This document shows, piece after piece, positions 30,268-32,000 of a stretch of DNA of 32,000 bases. The stretch lies in contig NC_000909.1 of NCBI RefSeq assembly GCF_000091665.1, forward strand, positions 259,995-291,994, given 5' to 3'. A program made the position numbers and the translations under genes. The notes below the pieces were generated by a model. The model was not told the DNA's origin and searched no databases. It saw nothing but the letters and a program-made list of their open reading frames with translations. The DNA is from Methanocaldococcus jannaschii DSM 2661 (GTDB taxonomy: Archaea > AGJL01 > Methanococci > Methanococcales > Methanocaldococcaceae). Each line of letters begins with the position of its first letter. The first letter of the stretch is position 1.

Positions 30268-30612
30268 TTAGAACATTGCTTTTATCTTATCTGCCGCTCT
30301 TTTCATTGTTATTCTAATTAAACCCAAATTAACTTTTGCGTCAGTTAAGACTACTAAAATTCCCTCTCCTGCATCGACCATTAGGGTTTTACCGTGCTCT
30401 CCTTCAATCATTGTTTGTTCTAAAGTACCCATTCCAATTTCTGCTGCTGTTCTTTCAGCAGCCCCAAATGCTGCTGAAGCCATAGCCCCAACTAACTCAG
30501 CATCAACACTCCCAGGCAATTGAGAGGCAATAACTAAACCATCCTTACCAACAACCATAGAACCCTTAATACCCTCAGTCTTATTCAACTCCAACAAAAC
30601 CCTATCAATCAT
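30268..30612 (-). CDS. Roadblock/LC7-domain protein
   Basis: [73 protein letters not shown]. Confidence 0.88.
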   Translation of the reverse strand: MIDRVLLELNKTEGIKGSMVVGKDGLVIASQLPGSVDAELVGAMASAAFGAAERTAAEIGMGTLEQTMIEGEHGKTLMVDAGEGILVVLTDAKVNLGLIRITMKRAADKIKAMF

Positions 30613-30651
30613 ACTATCCCATTTTTATTTCTTTCCATTTTTTATTTCAAC

Positions 30652-30984
30652 TTATTTTATTATTTCTTGTATTATTGGAATAATTTTATGTAAGATGTCA
30701 TTATTGGCTTTGAATAGTATTGTTAATATTTCATTATCTTTAGGGATTAATATTATTCCATCGTCCTTAACTTTAATAAAAACACATTCTGTCTTTTCGT
30801 TATATATATCTTTTATTACTTCAGAAATACTGTTCAAAATGATAGATAATCTTGCCCCTAAGCTTTCCATATTTGAATCTTCTGACAAACTGGAATATTC
30901 AACTAATCCATCATTTTTTATTAATAAAACTCCATGAATATAATCTAAATCTTTTAATTCTTCAAGAATTTCTTTTTGAATCAT
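30652..30984 (-). CDS. second, divergent Roadblock/LC7-like protein
   Basis: DYIHGVLLIKNDGLVEYSSLSEDSNMESLGARLSIILNSISEVIKDI...CVFIKVKDDGIILIP parallels preceding ORF. Confidence 0.7.
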   Translation of the reverse strand: MIQKEILEELKDLDYIHGVLLIKNDGLVEYSSLSEDSNMESLGARLSIILNSISEVIKDIYNEKTECVFIKVKDDGIILIPKDNEILTILFKANNDILHKIIPIIQEIIK

Positions 30985-31227
30985 AACTATGCCTCCTTTA
31001 ATTAGATAGAGACTTTCATATAATAAATACTTTGTTGTTACGTGATAACACCTTATAGGAGTATATATAGAATTATATATAAGAGCATTATGGTGATTTC
31101 TAAAAAAATATTATTTGTGGTATTTATATACCCCCTATACATAGGAGCATTAAGAATTTTAACATTTTGAAAACCATCATAAATTTCAGAATTCAATATT
31201 ATATAAATTTAGTAGAAAGTTGAAAGA

Positions 31228-31848
31228 TTATAAACTCCCTACTTCTTTTATTTCAACAATCAATGTCTCTCCATTAACTGGAAGTTTTGTATTTACATTA
31301 ATTCTTGCCTTTGTATTTCCGTCTTTTCTTTCTCTTAGGACTCTTCTAACTATGGAAGCAGCTAATAAACCCTCTGGGCTTAACGGGAACTCTTTTAATC
31401 CTCTATCGATTAAAATTTTATGGACAGGAGCAAATAAAGAACCTTTTATATACAATTTGTAAATTACCATGTTATCTTTTATATTTTTTTCAATTTTTAC
31501 ATCTTTAGCAATCCCTAACTCCAAGAACGCATTTTTTAACAACTCTTCAACATTTTCTAATTCATAACTTGCTTGCCCACTGCCTAAAATTTCATCGACC
31601 ATTGCACTTAAAACTTCTCCAATTTCTGATAGTAAGATTTGAGTCATAGCTCCTGCTCCACTACCTAAGGTTTTTGCTAACGCTATGCTATAGCCAGTTA
31701 CTAAAGAGTTCATTAAAGGAATCATTCTCTCAGCTGTTCTATTTGCCATATTCTCAACTCCTGTATTTGTCAATAATTCATGTGCTTGACTCATGTATCT
31801 CCCCTCCATAGTCCCTCCACCTTTCGGAGGATTGATTCCCTTGGACAT
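31228..31848 (-). CDS. conserved hypothetical protein; true start probably at internal MSQAHELL
   Basis: 206-aa ORF; GGGAGGT Shine-Dalgarno lies directly before the internal ATG encoding MSQAHEL; no family recognised with confidence. Confidence 0.55.
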   Translation of the reverse strand: MSKGINPPKGGGTMEGRYMSQAHELLTNTGVENMANRTAERMIPLMNSLVTGYSIALAKTLGSGAGAMTQILLSEIGEVLSAMVDEILGSGQASYELENVEELLKNAFLELGIAKDVKIEKNIKDNMVIYKLYIKGSLFAPVHKILIDRGLKEFPLSPEGLLAASIVRRVLRERKDGNTKARINVNTKLPVNGETLIVEIKEVGSL

Positions 31849-31978
31849 CTAAACACTTAATATATAAACTGTGAAAGTCCTATAGAGAGACTTTAATAAT
31901 GTATAGTTTGTTAATAATATGAGTTAATATAATCGACTATATAAAATTTTTGGTTTTTCCGATTTTTTTGGATTTTTC

Positions 31979-32000
31979 GGGGGGGGGGGGGGGGGGGGGG
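31979..32000 (+). repeat. poly-G homopolymer of at least 22 nt reaching the window edge
   Basis: Direct count of Gs; embedded after AT-rich sequence. Confidence 0.95.

Noticed and set aside
31220-31462. Plus-strand 80-aa ORF, and other antisense ORFs at 25026, 25877, 28856 and 30695
   Set aside because: All overlap well-supported minus-strand genes and lack independent evidence.
1-32000. CRISPR array, complete tRNA/rRNA gene, or prophage module
   Set aside because: No regularly spaced direct repeats, no tRNA TPsiC-arm context with a full cloverleaf, and no phage structural or integrase genes seen by eye. A tRNAscan/CRISPR-finder run would settle this.

Overview
AT-rich archaeal chromosome window. 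The gene content and an Hsp16.5-like small heat-shock protein point to Methanocaldococcus (M. jannaschii or a close relative). Most of it is ordinary housekeeping: korA-like, acetolactate synthase, FKBP-type PPIase, DGGGP synthase-like UbiA, NAC, archaemetzincin, flavin-reductase-like, Mrp/NBP35 ATPase, Hsp20, FtsY, thymidylate kinase, Lhr helicase, FdhD, FBP aldolase/phosphatase, LysR, MazG, lumazine synthase, gamma-CA fold, CLC channel, redox proteins, agmatinase and Roadblock proteins. I found no CRISPR array, phage or complete mobile element. The best non-annotated signals are: (1) a well-formed C/D box guide sRNA at 397-459 whose D guide would place 2'-O-methylation on the first anticodon base (C34) of a CAU-anticodon tRNA; (2) a minus-strand surface-protein operon with duplicated wHTH regulators and micro-ORFs behind a strong Shine-Dalgarno; (3) an internally deleted, frameshifted DDE transposase relic; (4) two unannotated GC-richer, structured intergenic segments; (5) a pair of 39-bp inverted-repeat elements sharing 28 identical bp; (6) a cysteine-free FdhD; (7) a 22-nt poly-G run at the window edge, possibly a technical artefact. 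No clearly new multi-gene defence or metabolic system was seen.
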